Under the pieces are notes generated by a model. That model saw only the letters and a list, made by a program, of their open reading frames with translations, had not been told where the DNA came from and ran no database searches. Source: Deltaproteobacteria bacterium (lineage in GTDB: Bacteria > SAR324 > NAC60-12). From it: 44,271 nt of DNA. The DNA is taken from NCBI GenBank assembly GCA_038150265.1, contig JAYOTF010000027.1, forward strand, positions 1 through 44,271. The letters are read 5' to 3'. The position numbers and the translations under genes were made by a program. Positions 8,247 through 18,613 of the stretch are shown here, piece by piece; the first letter of the stretch is position 1; every line of letters begins with the position of its first letter.

Positions 8247-9983
8247 TTAGAGCTGCGGGACAGGGTCGGATGCGGCAACCCCTGCTCGCGCAATCGGCTT
8301 TGACAAACGGCGGGTGTGGTAGAAAACGCGCCTCAGGCCTTCCGCCAGGTCTGACTCGAACCGGAAGGACTGCAGGCGTTGAATGCCCTGATGCGGATCG
8401 TCCAGCACCACCCGGGCGATGCGACGCTTGCCGTCCCGCTTGAGGTCCAGGACCTGCTGAGCGAGAGCCGCATCGTGAGTGGCCAGGGCGTTCAGGGCCT
8501 GGTTCAGGGCCTCCAGCGTGAACCCATGGGCTTCCACCAGCTTGGACTGGGCCTCTGGCGAAAGCTGGATCCCCTGGTGCAGGCGTTCCAAGCCTAACAT
8601 CGTGAAGACGTTTTCGACAAGGTCCCCAATGCTCTCAAGCTCATTGGCGGCACTGGCAATCTGGAGCAGCTCATCGGTCTGCTTGTCGGTGAAGGTGAGC
8701 TGACTGAGCAGGGAGAGGTCCGTCATGAGCGTCGCATGCAGCGCGTCGACTTCCTTGTCCCGGCTTTCCAGTTGGCGGAGGTCTTCAGTGGTTCCGGAAT
8801 AGACGGCGCTCAGGGTGCTGCCATAAATTTCCTCCACCAGTCGCCCGAGCTTCAGGACCTTGAGGCGAACGACATCAAGTGCCAGAGACGGGGTCTTCAG
8901 CAGCACCGGGTCCAGGGTGGGCTGTCGCTCGCTCCGTGGGCGTGGTGGAATGAACCTGCGGATCACCAGTCCCACCGGGGTGGTCAGGCCAATGAAGACC
9001 ACTGCCATGCCGACGTTGAAGAGCGTGTGGGCGTTTGCCAGCTGACGGGGCAGGATGTTCATGGCGGCAGGGTCTCCTCCGGGAACCGGAGGCGTGATCT
9101 CTCCCACCAGCCAGGCAATCCACGGAATGGCAGGAAGGAGCGCGACACTCCAGGTCAAGTTGAAGAAGGTATGCGCTGCTGCAACCTGCCGGGCCTCTGG
9201 AGGCTGCCCCAAAGAGGCCAGCACCGCCGTGACACAGGTCCCGACGTTTGCCCCGAGGATGAGGGCAATGCCCCCTTCCAGGGGAATGAGGCCCTGCGAC
9301 GCCAGGGCAATGACGATGCCCATTGTGGCCGAGCTGGACTGCACCAGAGCGGTGAAGGCGGCCGCGGTCATCAGCCCCAAAAACGGATTGGCCATCTGGG
9401 CCATCAGGTCCACAAACGGCTGGTAGCTCCGGAGCGGCCGCATGGCGTCACTCATGACGCTCATCCCCCAGAAGATCAGGCCCAGTCCGAGCAGCGCCCG
9501 CCCAATCTGCTTCACGTGGTCCTTGTTGCCGATCATGTCGAGCAGCACGCCGGCCGCCACCATCACCATGGCCAGCTTGGTCACCTTGAAGGCAATGATC
9601 TGAGCCGTGATGGTGGTGCCAATGTTGGCCCCCAGGATGATGCCAAGGGACTGCGGGAGCGACATCAGCCCGGCTGAGACGAAGCTCACCAGCAGCACCG
9701 TCGTGATGGAGCTGGACTGCAGAACGGCTGTGATGACGGCGCCGGTGAACAGTCCCATGATGCGGTTGTTGCTCAGCTTGGCGAGGATGTCCTTCATCCG
9801 GTCGCCAGCAATCACACGGAGGGCCTGGCTAATCGTCTCCATTCCGTAGAGGAACAGGGCCAGTCCTCCGACCAGTCCCATTCCCAGCTGCAGCCACTCC
9901 AGTTCGCCAGAAGCGTTGGTGGCTCCCCAAAGAGCCGTTGGCAGGGTCAGGCCCAAGCCGACCACCCATTTGTTTTGCTTCAA
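8247..9983 (-). CDS. Na+/phosphate cotransporter family protein with C-terminal PhoU-like domains
   Basis: Two QSSS repeats, GANIGTT/GANVGT, ELESIGD PhoU-like motif; TTG start after AGGAGG, overlapping the cobS stop. Confidence 0.9.
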   Translation of the reverse strand: MKQNKWVVGLGLTLPTALWGATNASGELEWLQLGMGLVGGLALFLYGMETISQALRVIAGDRMKDILAKLSNNRIMGLFTGAVITAVLQSSSITTVLLVSFVSAGLMSLPQSLGIILGANIGTTITAQIIAFKVTKLAMVMVAAGVLLDMIGNKDHVKQIGRALLGLGLIFWGMSVMSDAMRPLRSYQPFVDLMAQMANPFLGLMTAAAFTALVQSSSATMGIVIALASQGLIPLEGGIALILGANVGTCVTAVLASLGQPPEARQVAAAHTFFNLTWSVALLPAIPWIAWLVGEITPPVPGGDPAAMNILPRQLANAHTLFNVGMAVVFIGLTTPVGLVIRRFIPPRPRSERQPTLDPVLLKTPSLALDVVRLKVLKLGRLVEEIYGSTLSAVYSGTTEDLRQLESRDKEVDALHATLMTDLSLLSQLTFTDKQTDELLQIASAANELESIGDLVENVFTMLGLERLHQGIQLSPEAQSKLVEAHGFTLEALNQALNALATHDAALAQQVLDLKRDGKRRIARVVLDDPHQGIQRLQSFRFESDLAEGLRRVFYHTRRLSKPIARAGVAASDPVPQL

Positions 9984-10738
9984 GTCCCTCCTACAAGCAG
10001 AAGATAGATGCCCAGCTCGGCAAGTTGCTGCACCCCACCCAGGCAATCCCCGGTGATGCCCCCCAGACGCTGACGCAGGTACCGGATGCCCAGACGCTGC
10101 AGGATCCAGGTCAGGCCCAGGATCCCCAGCCCCCAGAGGCCCCATCCGATCAGAAGCGGCAGGGCTCCGGTGAGGAAGGCAAACCCGAGGGCTCCCGGGT
10201 GGAGGCGTGACAGCCCCGCTGCTTTCCCCTGCGTGCCGGAACGAAGGTACGGTAAATGAGAAGAGACTTCAATCGCAAGAAAACGGCTCCAGGCGTGTCC
10301 GGCCACCCAGACTCCCCAAACGTGAGGAGCATCGAGGGCCATCAGGCTGGCTGCCTTGAGCAGCAGGAGGAGGATCAGCCCCACCACGCCGTAGGTTCCC
10401 AGCCGGGAATCCTTCATGATGTCGAGGATGCGTTGCGGGGTCCAGCCTCCGCCGAATCCGTCGCAGGTGTCGGCAAATCCGTCTTCGTGCAGAGCGCCAG
10501 TCAGCAAGAGGCCGCTGGTCAGCCCCAGCAGCGTGGCGAGGGGAAGCCCGAGGGGCCCGGCCGCCAGCGCCGCCACGAGTCCAGAGAGCCCCCCAACGAT
10601 CCAGCCAACGAGGGGAAGGTACCGGGAGACGGCCGTGATGTCGATCCGTTCATGAACGGAGAAGGGGGGAGGCAGGCGGGTGTAGTACCCAAGGGCCCCC
10701 CGGAAGAGGTGCCACTCTCGTGACGCGTCAGGCGTCAT
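9980..10738 (-). CDS. cobS: Adenosylcobinamide-GDP ribazoletransferase (cobalamin synthase)
   Basis: TRLP, TGALHEDGFADTCDGFGG, IMKDSRLGTYG, GGITGDCLG. Confidence 0.95.
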   Translation of the reverse strand: MTPDASREWHLFRGALGYYTRLPPPFSVHERIDITAVSRYLPLVGWIVGGLSGLVAALAAGPLGLPLATLLGLTSGLLLTGALHEDGFADTCDGFGGGWTPQRILDIMKDSRLGTYGVVGLILLLLLKAASLMALDAPHVWGVWVAGHAWSRFLAIEVSSHLPYLRSGTQGKAAGLSRLHPGALGFAFLTGALPLLIGWGLWGLGILGLTWILQRLGIRYLRQRLGGITGDCLGGVQQLAELGIYLLLVGGT

Positions 10739-11771
10739 CACGCGAGCTGACGCCGGCAGACTCGAAGGACGCCATCTCGTTGAGGAAGAGGACCGCAGAC
10801 TGCACCAGCGGAAAGGCCACCGCCGCGCCCGTGCCTTCTCCGAGCCGCATGTCGAGCTGCAGCACCGGAGTGAGCCCAAGGAACTCCAGCATCCGCCGGT
10901 GGCCCTGTTCATCCGACTGGTGGCAGCAGAGGGTGTAGTCCCGAACCTCCGGGTGCATCCGAAAGGCAACAAGGAAGGCGGCCGTGGCAATGAAGCCATC
11001 GAGCAAGATCAGCATCTGCTGCTGAGCGGCTTCCAGCAGGGCCCCGGTCATCATCGCCATCTCGGCGCCCCCAAACGTCTGGAGCACCTCAAGGGGCGTC
11101 CGGGCGTCCGGATGCTGCTCCAGAGCGGCTGCGAGGACCTGCCGTTTGTGGGCGAGTCCGGAATCGTCCAGGCCGGTCCCCCGGCCCACGCAGTCTTCGA
11201 GCGGGAAGCCGGTCAGGCGCTGCATGATGGCCGCTGCTGCCGAAGTGTTCCCAATGCCCATTTCGCCGAAGCCGATGACGTTGGTGCCCTGCTGGGCCGC
11301 TTGCTGCACCAGCGCTTGTCCCTCCCGGAGGGCCGTGGTGACTTCTTCAGGGGTGAGGGCCGGCTCCTGCTGAAAGTTCCGGGTGCCTGCACAGACCTTC
11401 CGGCGGATCAGGTCCGGGTGATCCGGAAGCGGGTGCTTCACCCCGGCGTCCACCACCTGGAGGCGGATCTGGTGCTGGCGGCAGAACACGTTGATGGCGG
11501 CGCCCCCAGCGAGGAAGTTCAGGACCATCTGTGCCGTGACTTCCTGGGGATAGGGGCTGACTCCGGACTCAACGATGCCGTGGTCACCAGCAAACACAAG
11601 GAAGGCCGGGTTCCGGAGCGTGGGGTGGAGGGTGCGTTGAATCTGTCCCACCTGAAGCGCAATCGACTCCAGCGTTCCCAAGGCTCCCGGGGGCTTGGTC
11701 TTTTGGTCAATGCGCTGCTGAAGGGCTTCGGTGAGCGTGGAAGGGAGAGGGGACAGCTTCCATTCAGGCAT
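10728..11771 (-). CDS. cobT: Nicotinate-nucleotide--dimethylbenzimidazole phosphoribosyltransferase
   Basis: KTKPPGALG, FAGDHG, GEMGIGNT, MRLGEGTGA, EMASF. Confidence 0.95.
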   Translation of the reverse strand: MPEWKLSPLPSTLTEALQQRIDQKTKPPGALGTLESIALQVGQIQRTLHPTLRNPAFLVFAGDHGIVESGVSPYPQEVTAQMVLNFLAGGAAINVFCRQHQIRLQVVDAGVKHPLPDHPDLIRRKVCAGTRNFQQEPALTPEEVTTALREGQALVQQAAQQGTNVIGFGEMGIGNTSAAAAIMQRLTGFPLEDCVGRGTGLDDSGLAHKRQVLAAALEQHPDARTPLEVLQTFGGAEMAMMTGALLEAAQQQMLILLDGFIATAAFLVAFRMHPEVRDYTLCCHQSDEQGHRRMLEFLGLTPVLQLDMRLGEGTGAAVAFPLVQSAVLFLNEMASFESAGVSSRDDA

Positions 11772-11792
11772 AGGCGTTCAGGGGAAGGAGGT

Positions 11793-12758
11793 TCAGTGGC
11801 GGGAGGAGGTGTTCCGGACGGCCTGACGCTCCAGGAGGAAGACCAGCAGGAATCCCACAACGGCTGTGGCCACGGCAAAGGCAAAGCTGGCGTTGAGGTC
11901 CGGAAGGATGTTTTCTTCGCGGAGGACGTACTCCTTGCCCCGGATGAGCTGCGTCTCCAGCGTGATCTTCCAGGGCCACACCTTGCGCATGGCCCCAATC
12001 ATGATGCCGGTGAGCAGCGCCATGGTGGTGGCGTGGTAGCGGGCCAGCGCAAAGCGAAGCACCCGGGAGAAGCCGCCCAGGCCCACCGCACAGCCAGCCG
12101 CAAAGACGAGCAACACGGCGAAGCTGCCTTCGGCAAAGGGGTTCCGGAGGGCCTCGGTGATGAAGGCGTACTTGCCGAGGATGAGCAAGATGAAGGAGCC
12201 GCTGATTCCGGGAAGGATCATGGCGCAGATCGCGATCATGCCACAGAGGAAGATGAACCACGACTCTTCCGGAGTCCAGACGGGGATCAGGCCGGTCAGG
12301 TTCCAGCCAAACAGTGCCCCCAGGACCAGCCAGAGGCTTCCGGATCGCCAGTCCTGAATCTCGCGGCTGAGGAAGAGGATGGATGCGGTGATCAGTCCAA
12401 AGAAGAGGGACCACGTGGGCACCGGATGCGTGTTGAGCAGGTAGTGCATCAGGCGCGCAGTGCTGACCAGGGCAAGGAGTACCCCGAGGCCAAGCACCAT
12501 CAGGAAGCGCAGATGCACCTGAGCCAGCGACTCCTTGAGGCGTCCGCGCAGAAGCAGGCCGATGGAGGAGACATTGATGGAGGTGATGGCCGTCAGCAGG
12601 TGCTGATAGATTCCCGTGATGAAGGCGATGGTCCCTCCGGAGACACCGGGGATGATGTCAGCGGTGCCCATACCGGCTCCCTTGAGGAACAGCATCAGCG
12701 CTTCCTTCGGGGTCTGCGGGCCCGGACTGTTCATCCAGGCAGCTTTCCAAGTGGTCAT
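11793..12758 (-). CDS. DUF368 membrane protein (undecaprenyl-phosphate translocase family)
   Basis: KGAGMGTADIIPGVSGGTIA and repeated AMILPGISGS motifs. Confidence 0.9.
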   Translation of the reverse strand: MTTWKAAWMNSPGPQTPKEALMLFLKGAGMGTADIIPGVSGGTIAFITGIYQHLLTAITSINVSSIGLLLRGRLKESLAQVHLRFLMVLGLGVLLALVSTARLMHYLLNTHPVPTWSLFFGLITASILFLSREIQDWRSGSLWLVLGALFGWNLTGLIPVWTPEESWFIFLCGMIAICAMILPGISGSFILLILGKYAFITEALRNPFAEGSFAVLLVFAAGCAVGLGGFSRVLRFALARYHATTMALLTGIMIGAMRKVWPWKITLETQLIRGKEYVLREENILPDLNASFAFAVATAVVGFLLVFLLERQAVRNTSSRH

Positions 12759-12764
12759 GCGGCG

Positions 12765-13106
12765 TCAGACAGAAGAGGTGGCGGCCAGGCGTTGTGCCCC
12801 ATCTCCCCCGTGGCAGTTCGGGGTCTGGTGGATCTGCTGTCCGGAGGCTTCCCACTGCGTGGGCGTCTGCGCACGTACCGAGAGGGCGTGCACGCCGCCG
12901 GCAAGCTCCTCGTGCAGCACCTGGTACACCGCCTGGTGCCGCTCCCGGAGCTTCATGCCCTCAAACTGGGCAGAGACAACGGTCACCTTGAAGTGCGACT
13001 CCGCTCCCGGAGGGACGTTGTGCTTGTGGCTTTCGTTCTCGACCTCCAGCGCCTGCGGCTGAAAGGCTTCCGTCAGCTTGGTCTCAATGGATTTTTGAAT
13101 CTGCAT
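12765..13106 (-). CDS. bolA: BolA family protein
   Basis: NESHKH, ESHFKVTVVS, RHQAVY, GVHAL. Confidence 0.92.
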   Translation of the reverse strand: MQIQKSIETKLTEAFQPQALEVENESHKHNVPPGAESHFKVTVVSAQFEGMKLRERHQAVYQVLHEELAGGVHALSVRAQTPTQWEASGQQIHQTPNCHGGDGAQRLAATSSV

Positions 13107-13114
13107 AGTTTTTT

Positions 13115-13873
13115 TCAGATGCGGGCGCCGCCACTGATTTCAATGACTTCCCCGGTGAAGTAGTCGTTTTTGAGGATGAACAGCACCCCGTCGGAGATTT
13201 CCCGGGGCTCGGCAAAGCGCTTGAGGGGAACCTGTTCGGTAAAGATGGATTTGACCTCTTCCTTGAGCGAGAGGACCATTTCAGTGGCCGTGAAGCCGGG
13301 CGCCACCGCGGCGGCGCGGATGCCGTAGGGAGCCAGTTCCTTGGCCCAGAGGACGGCCATGGCGGCCACTCCGGCCTTGGCTGCCGAGTAGTTGCTTTGC
13401 CCAAAGTTGCCGTGCCGGGCGATGCTGGAGATGTTGACGAGCACCCCGGGCTTCTTCAGCTTCACCAGCTGGGCGGCCGCCTCACGACCACACAGAAAGA
13501 CGCCCGTCAGGTTGACGTCAATCACGGCCTGCCACTTCTCGAGGGGGAACTTGCGGATCTCGCCATTCTTTTCCCGGACCAGCAGGTTGTCACGCAGAAT
13601 GCCGGCATTCTGGATGCTGGCATCAAGGGTTCCGAAATCGGCGACGACTTGCTCGTAGAGCTGCTCCACGTCGGCTTCGTCAGCAACATTGACGGCGTAG
13701 CTGCGGGCTTCGGCTCCGGTGGCCGTGACCTCTGCGAGGGCGTTGGCGAGGGCGTCTTCGTTGCGGTCGACCAGGGCGAGGCGGGCGCCTTCTGCGGCAC
13801 AGTCCAGCGCAAACTGCTTGCCCAGTCCCTGAGCGGCACCGGTGATGACGATTACTTTGTTGGTGAGGTCCAT
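13115..13873 (-). CDS. SDR oxidoreductase (3-oxoacyl-ACP/CoA reductase-like)
   Basis: TGAAQGLG, NAGILRD, GNFGQSNYSAAK. Confidence 0.9.
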   Translation of the reverse strand: MDLTNKVIVITGAAQGLGKQFALDCAAEGARLALVDRNEDALANALAEVTATGAEARSYAVNVADEADVEQLYEQVVADFGTLDASIQNAGILRDNLLVREKNGEIRKFPLEKWQAVIDVNLTGVFLCGREAAAQLVKLKKPGVLVNISSIARHGNFGQSNYSAAKAGVAAMAVLWAKELAPYGIRAAAVAPGFTATEMVLSLKEEVKSIFTEQVPLKRFAEPREISDGVLFILKNDYFTGEVIEISGGARI

Positions 13874-14247
13874 GCGTTCGGTCCAGTTGAAAGTCAGGAG
13901 TCCTCGTTGGGCCAGCGGGTTCCGGGAAGCGCTTCGAGCGAGCAGCGAAGGCCCGGAATTCCGGACGCGCCAAGAGGAGGTACCCTGAAATGGTAGGAGC
14001 CTCGGAGGAACATCACAAAATTATTCGTCACGCCTCCTGACTCAGTCCGGGATTCGTCTTCTGGGCAAGGGGCGGCCAGGTTCCCTCCCGAGTCCTGATT
14101 CTCCGGAGCCGGAGCCGTCATCGTGCAAGTTGACTTGAGGCAAACAGTTATGTAAAGATCACATTTAACTTTTTTTGTTACAAAAGGCAGAAAAGCATCA
14201 GGGCGCTCTGCCTGAGTAACGTGTTTGAAGCAAGCACAGGGAGCTAA

Positions 14248-15564
14248 ATGATGAAAAAGATGATCCTTGGGGCCATTGCTGCAGGAGCGATGGCCTTGAA
14301 TCCGTTGGCTGCGATGGCCGAGACCGAAGTTCAGTTCTGGCACGCCTTCACGGGGCGGTTGGGGGAGCTGGTGGCAACGCAGGTGGAGGAATTCAACGCC
14401 AGCCAGAGTGACTACAAGGTGGTGGCCAGCCACAAGGGCAACTACTCGGAGACGCTCAATGCCGGCATCGCCGCCTTCCGGGCGGGGGAGCAGCCGCACA
14501 TCCTGATGGTGTTCGAGGTGGGAACCGCCACAATGATGGCCGCCAAGGGGGCGATCAAGCCGGTGTACGAAGTGATGGCCGAAAGTGGCGCCGAGTTTGA
14601 TCCGGATGCGTACATTGGTGCCGTGAAGGGGTACTACACGACGACCGACGGCCAAATGCTGTCGTTGCCGTTCAACTCGTCAACGCCTGTGCTGTGGGTC
14701 AACCGTGATGCCCTGCGAGGCGCCGGGATTGATCCGGATGTGGACCTGAGCACCTGGCAAAAGGTGGAGGGCGTGCTGGACCAGCTGAAGGCGGCGGGCC
14801 ATGCCTGCCCGCTGGTCACGGCCTGGCAGAGCTGGATCCACCTGGAAAACCTCTCGGCCTACCATGATGTGCCGTTTGCCACGCAGGAGAATGGCTTTGC
14901 CGGGCTGGACACGGAGCTGGTGTTCAACAGCAAGGCGCAGGTGGCTCACATTGCCAAGATGGGAGAGTGGGCGAAGGAAGGCAAATTCATCTACACCGGT
15001 CGCCGCAACGAAGGCGGAGCCAACTTCCGGGCAGGTGAGTGTGCGCTCTTTACCGAAAGCTCAGCAGGCTATGCCGGCATCAGTTCGGAAGCCAAGTTCG
15101 AGTTTGGCGTCCGTCCGCTTCCGTATTGGGAAGGCGTGGGGAATGCTCCGCAGAACACCATCATCGGTGGCGCTTCGCTTTGGGTGATGGCGGGTCATGA
15201 CCGTGAGGAGTACAAGGGCGTCGGGGCCTTCCTGTCGTTCCTGTCCTCCACTCCGATCCAGGCCAAGTGGCACCAGGATACGGGCTACCTGCCCATCACG
15301 ATGGCCGCAGGGGAAGCCACCCGTCAGGCCGGTTTCTACGAAGAAAAGCCGGGCACCGATGTGGCCGTGAAGCAGATGACCGCCAAGGCTCCTACGGCTA
15401 ATTCCAAGGGGCTGCGGTTGGGGTCGTTTGACCAGATCCGTGGCATCATTGACGAAGAGCTGGAAGCCGTCTGGGCGGGTGACAAGTCCGCACAGCAGGC
15501 CATGGACAGCGCCGTGGAGCGCGGCAACCAACTGCTTCGGCGGTTCGAGCGGGCCAACCGCTGA
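14248..15564 (+). CDS. ugpB: sn-glycerol-3-phosphate ABC transporter substrate-binding protein
   Basis: Signal peptide, FWHA, KGNYSET, FEVGTATMM, PFNSSTP, IIGGASLW. Confidence 0.92.
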   Translation: MMKKMILGAIAAGAMALNPLAAMAETEVQFWHAFTGRLGELVATQVEEFNASQSDYKVVASHKGNYSETLNAGIAAFRAGEQPHILMVFEVGTATMMAAKGAIKPVYEVMAESGAEFDPDAYIGAVKGYYTTTDGQMLSLPFNSSTPVLWVNRDALRGAGIDPDVDLSTWQKVEGVLDQLKAAGHACPLVTAWQSWIHLENLSAYHDVPFATQENGFAGLDTELVFNSKAQVAHIAKMGEWAKEGKFIYTGRRNEGGANFRAGECALFTESSAGYAGISSEAKFEFGVRPLPYWEGVGNAPQNTIIGGASLWVMAGHDREEYKGVGAFLSFLSSTPIQAKWHQDTGYLPITMAAGEATRQAGFYEEKPGTDVAVKQMTAKAPTANSKGLRLGSFDQIRGIIDEELEAVWAGDKSAQQAMDSAVERGNQLLRRFERANR

Positions 15565-15576
15565 GCCTGTAACCTA

Positions 15577-15607
15577 AACCGGGACGGCTCTGCGGGGCCT
15601 CCCGGTT
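15577..15607 (+). terminator. Stem-loop after ugpB (mRNA stabiliser or partial terminator)
   Basis: AACCGGGA...TCCCGGTT inverted repeat between binding-protein and permease genes. Confidence 0.5.
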
Positions 15608-15628
15608 GTTCCGTGTGAAGGGAGCGAG

Positions 15629-16510
15629 ATGAAGAAACGCGTGACCTTTAGCGGCTGGATGCTACCGCTCGCGTTGATTGCGCCTCAGGTCTTCATTTCG
15701 GCGGTTTTCTTTTTCTATCCAGCGGGTCAAGCGGTCTGGCAGTCACTGTTCATTCCAGACCCGTTTGGGCTGTCCACCCAGTTTGTGGGGCTGGGGAACT
15801 TCGAGTACCTTTTCAGCGATCGTCACTACCGGGCGTCCTTTGTGACAACGGCCTTGTTTTCGCTGCTGGTCACCCTGGCCTCCATGCTTCCGGCCCTGTT
15901 CCTCGCCGTGCTGGCGGATCGCCTGATCCGGGGCTCGGGGGTGTACCGGACGTTACTGATCTGGCCCTATGCCGTGGCTCCGGCTGTGGCTGGGGTGCTC
16001 TGGATGTTCATGTTCAACACGCGCGTTGGCGTGGTTTCGTGGTACCTGGGGCAACTGGGCTACGACTGGAATCATGTGCTGAACGGAGGCGAGGCGATGG
16101 GACTGGTGGTGGTTGCTTCAGCCTGGGGGCGGATCAGTTACAACTTCCTCTTCTTCTTTGCTGCGCTCCAAGCGGTCCCGCGCTCGGTGATTGAGGCGGC
16201 TGCCATTGACGGCGCTCGCTTCTGGCGCCGCTTCTTCACCATTGTGCTCCCCCTTCTCTCTCCAACGACCTTCTTCTTGCTGGTGGTCAACGTGGTCTAT
16301 GCCTTTTTCGAAACCTTCGGAGTGATCCACACCATCACTGCCGGTGGACCGCAACAGGCCACCACGATCCTGGTGTACAAGGTGTTTGCTGACGGGTTTG
16401 TGGGGCAGGACCTGGGCTCGTCTTCAGCCCAGTCCGTGATTCTGTTGGTCGTGGTGGGGCTGCTGACGGTGTTTCAGTTCAAGGTGGTTGAAAAGCGGGT
16501 GCACTACTGA
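15629..16510 (+). CDS. ugpA: G3P ABC permease
   Basis: EAAAIDGA loop; [16 protein letters not shown]; order in operon. Confidence 0.92.
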   Translation: MKKRVTFSGWMLPLALIAPQVFISAVFFFYPAGQAVWQSLFIPDPFGLSTQFVGLGNFEYLFSDRHYRASFVTTALFSLLVTLASMLPALFLAVLADRLIRGSGVYRTLLIWPYAVAPAVAGVLWMFMFNTRVGVVSWYLGQLGYDWNHVLNGGEAMGLVVVASAWGRISYNFLFFFAALQAVPRSVIEAAAIDGARFWRRFFTIVLPLLSPTTFFLLVVNVVYAFFETFGVIHTITAGGPQQATTILVYKVFADGFVGQDLGSSSAQSVILLVVVGLLTVFQFKVVEKRVHY

Positions 16511-17364
16511 TGGCGGAACGGCAGGGCATGGTCGAAAAGCGAGGAACCGGGCTGTGGCTCACGCATGTGCTGATGATCCTGGGCGTGCTGGTGATCTTCT
16601 TCCCGATCTGGATGGCGTTTGTGGCCTCAACGGTCACACAGCCGGAGATCGTTCGCCCGCCAATGCCGCTGTGGCCCGGGGATCGGTTTTGGGAAAACTA
16701 CACGGCGGCCCTGTTTTCCGGGGTCAATGTGCCGGTGGCGACCATGCTCCTGAATTCGCTGATCATGGCGGTCGGGATTGCTGTCGGCAAGATCATCATC
16801 TCGCTGCTCTCCGCCTTTGCGATTGTGTACTTCCGGTTTCCTGGGCAGGGGGTGTTCTTTTGGATGATCTTCATCACGCTGATGCTGCCGGTGGAGGTGC
16901 GGATTGTGCCCACCTACGAAGTGGTCGCCGGCTTCGGGATGCTCAACAGCTACGCCGGGCTAATCTTTCCGCTCATTGCCTCGGCGACTGCGACCTTCCT
17001 CTTCCGGCAGTTCTTCCTGACGATTCCCGACGAGTTGGCAGAGGCGGCACGGGTGGATGGCGCACGGCCCATGCGGTTCTTCATTGATATCGTGGTGCCC
17101 ATGAGCCGGACGAACGTGGCGGCTCTGTTTGTGATTCTGTTCATTTACGGCTGGAACCAGTACCTCTGGCCCCTGCTGATTACCACCGATCCCGAGATGA
17201 ATACGATCGTGATGGGCATCAAGCAGATGTTCCCTTCAGGCGATGACGTGGCAGAGTGGCCGGTCATCATGGCGACCTCCATCCTGGCAATGATTCCGCC
17301 GGTGATTGTGGTGGTCTCCATGCAGAAACTCTTCATCCGTGGCCTTGTCGACGGCGAGAAATAA
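16510..17364 (+). CDS. ugpE: G3P ABC permease
   Basis: [29 protein letters not shown]. Confidence 0.92.
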   Translation: MAERQGMVEKRGTGLWLTHVLMILGVLVIFFPIWMAFVASTVTQPEIVRPPMPLWPGDRFWENYTAALFSGVNVPVATMLLNSLIMAVGIAVGKIIISLLSAFAIVYFRFPGQGVFFWMIFITLMLPVEVRIVPTYEVVAGFGMLNSYAGLIFPLIASATATFLFRQFFLTIPDELAEAARVDGARPMRFFIDIVVPMSRTNVAALFVILFIYGWNQYLWPLLITTDPEMNTIVMGIKQMFPSGDDVAEWPVIMATSILAMIPPVIVVVSMQKLFIRGLVDGEK

Positions 17365-17367
17365 CCA

Positions 17368-18414
17368 ATGGCAACCGTATCATTCAAGAACCTGCGCAAG
17401 CGTTTTGACGCAACTGACGTGATCCACGGGATCGATATGGAAATCGCAGATGGCGAGTTCATTGTGATCGTGGGGCCCTCCGGCTGCGGCAAGTCCACCT
17501 TGTTGCGGATGGTGGCTGGACTGGAAACCGTGACCGCTGGCGAGGTTCTGATTGGAGGAGAGCGGGCAAACGACAAGGAGCCGATGGACCGCGACATCGC
17601 CATGGTGTTCCAGAATTATGCGCTTTACCCCCACATGACCGTTGCGCAAAACATGGGCTACGGGCTGAAGATTGCGGGGATGCCCAAGCAGGAGATTGCC
17701 GCCAAGGTGGAGGACGCTGCGCGGCTTCTGCAACTGGAGGGACTGCTGAACCGGCGGCCCAAGCAGCTTTCGGGAGGCCAGCGACAGCGGGTAGCGATGG
17801 GACGCGCCATTGTGCGCGAGCCCTCCGTCTTTCTCTTTGATGAGCCGCTCTCGAACCTGGACGCGAAGCTGCGGGTGCAGATGCGACTGGAGATCAAGGA
17901 GTTGCAGTCAAAGCTCGGCATCACGGCACTGTACGTCACCCACGACCAGGTGGAGGCCATGACCATGGCCGACCGGATGATTGTGATGAATGAAGGCCGG
18001 GCGGAGCAGATCGGGACCCCGCTTGAAGTCTATGAGCGGCCGCAGTCCCTGTTTGCGGCACAGTTCATCGGCAGCCCCGCGATGAACGTGCTGGAGGCAC
18101 AGATTGAAGGGGGACAGGTGCTGCTGGGGAAAGTACCGGTGGCGTCCACTGCTGCGCGCGCCGGCGCGGTGAAGCTGGGAATCCGTCCGGAGCATGTGCA
18201 ACCAGATGACTCCGGACCGCTGGCGATGGAGCTACGGCTTTCCGAGCCGCTGGGGGCCAACACCCTTTTGCATGGTCGGCTCACTGAAAGCGGGGTCGCC
18301 TTCACAGCGAGCCTCAATGGGGTGCATCAGACCCGTGGCGGGGGCATGATGCGGTTTGCTGTTGCCCCTGAAGACTGCCACCTGTTTGATCCGGAAACCG
18401 GCCGCCGCTTGTAA
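17368..18414 (+). CDS. ugpC: G3P/sugar ABC ATP-binding protein
   Basis: GPSGCGKS, LSGGQRQR, FDEPLSNLD, C-terminal TOBE-like region. Confidence 0.92.
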   Translation: MATVSFKNLRKRFDATDVIHGIDMEIADGEFIVIVGPSGCGKSTLLRMVAGLETVTAGEVLIGGERANDKEPMDRDIAMVFQNYALYPHMTVAQNMGYGLKIAGMPKQEIAAKVEDAARLLQLEGLLNRRPKQLSGGQRQRVAMGRAIVREPSVFLFDEPLSNLDAKLRVQMRLEIKELQSKLGITALYVTHDQVEAMTMADRMIVMNEGRAEQIGTPLEVYERPQSLFAAQFIGSPAMNVLEAQIEGGQVLLGKVPVASTAARAGAVKLGIRPEHVQPDDSGPLAMELRLSEPLGANTLLHGRLTESGVAFTASLNGVHQTRGGGMMRFAVAPEDCHLFDPETGRRL

Positions 18415-18613
18415 AGCTCCGCTCCCTCCGAGCCCTTCAGTCACCCCCCTCCAGCACCGGAAAGCAAGGGCCGCCGCCTGAACGAGTTAAGGGGCGGCCT
18501 GTGTTTTCCGGAACCTCCAACCTCCCTCACACGATCTTCCACCCCGTGCACGCCGTTTTTTGTGCGCGAACGCGTTTTCGTCAAGGAACCGGAAACGCCT
18601 CCGGAGGCGTGGA

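Noticed and set aside
14025..14090. Cobalamin-riboswitch-like words on the minus strand (AGGGAACC, GAGTCAGGAG) upstream of the operon containing cobT-cobS
   Set aside because: The core GCnACTG and GGGAAG B12-box elements and the expected stems were not found; an Rfam scan would settle it
18415..18613. Hairpins between convergent ugpC and the kinase gene as an ncRNA
   Set aside because: Short GC stems adequately explained as terminators of convergent operons
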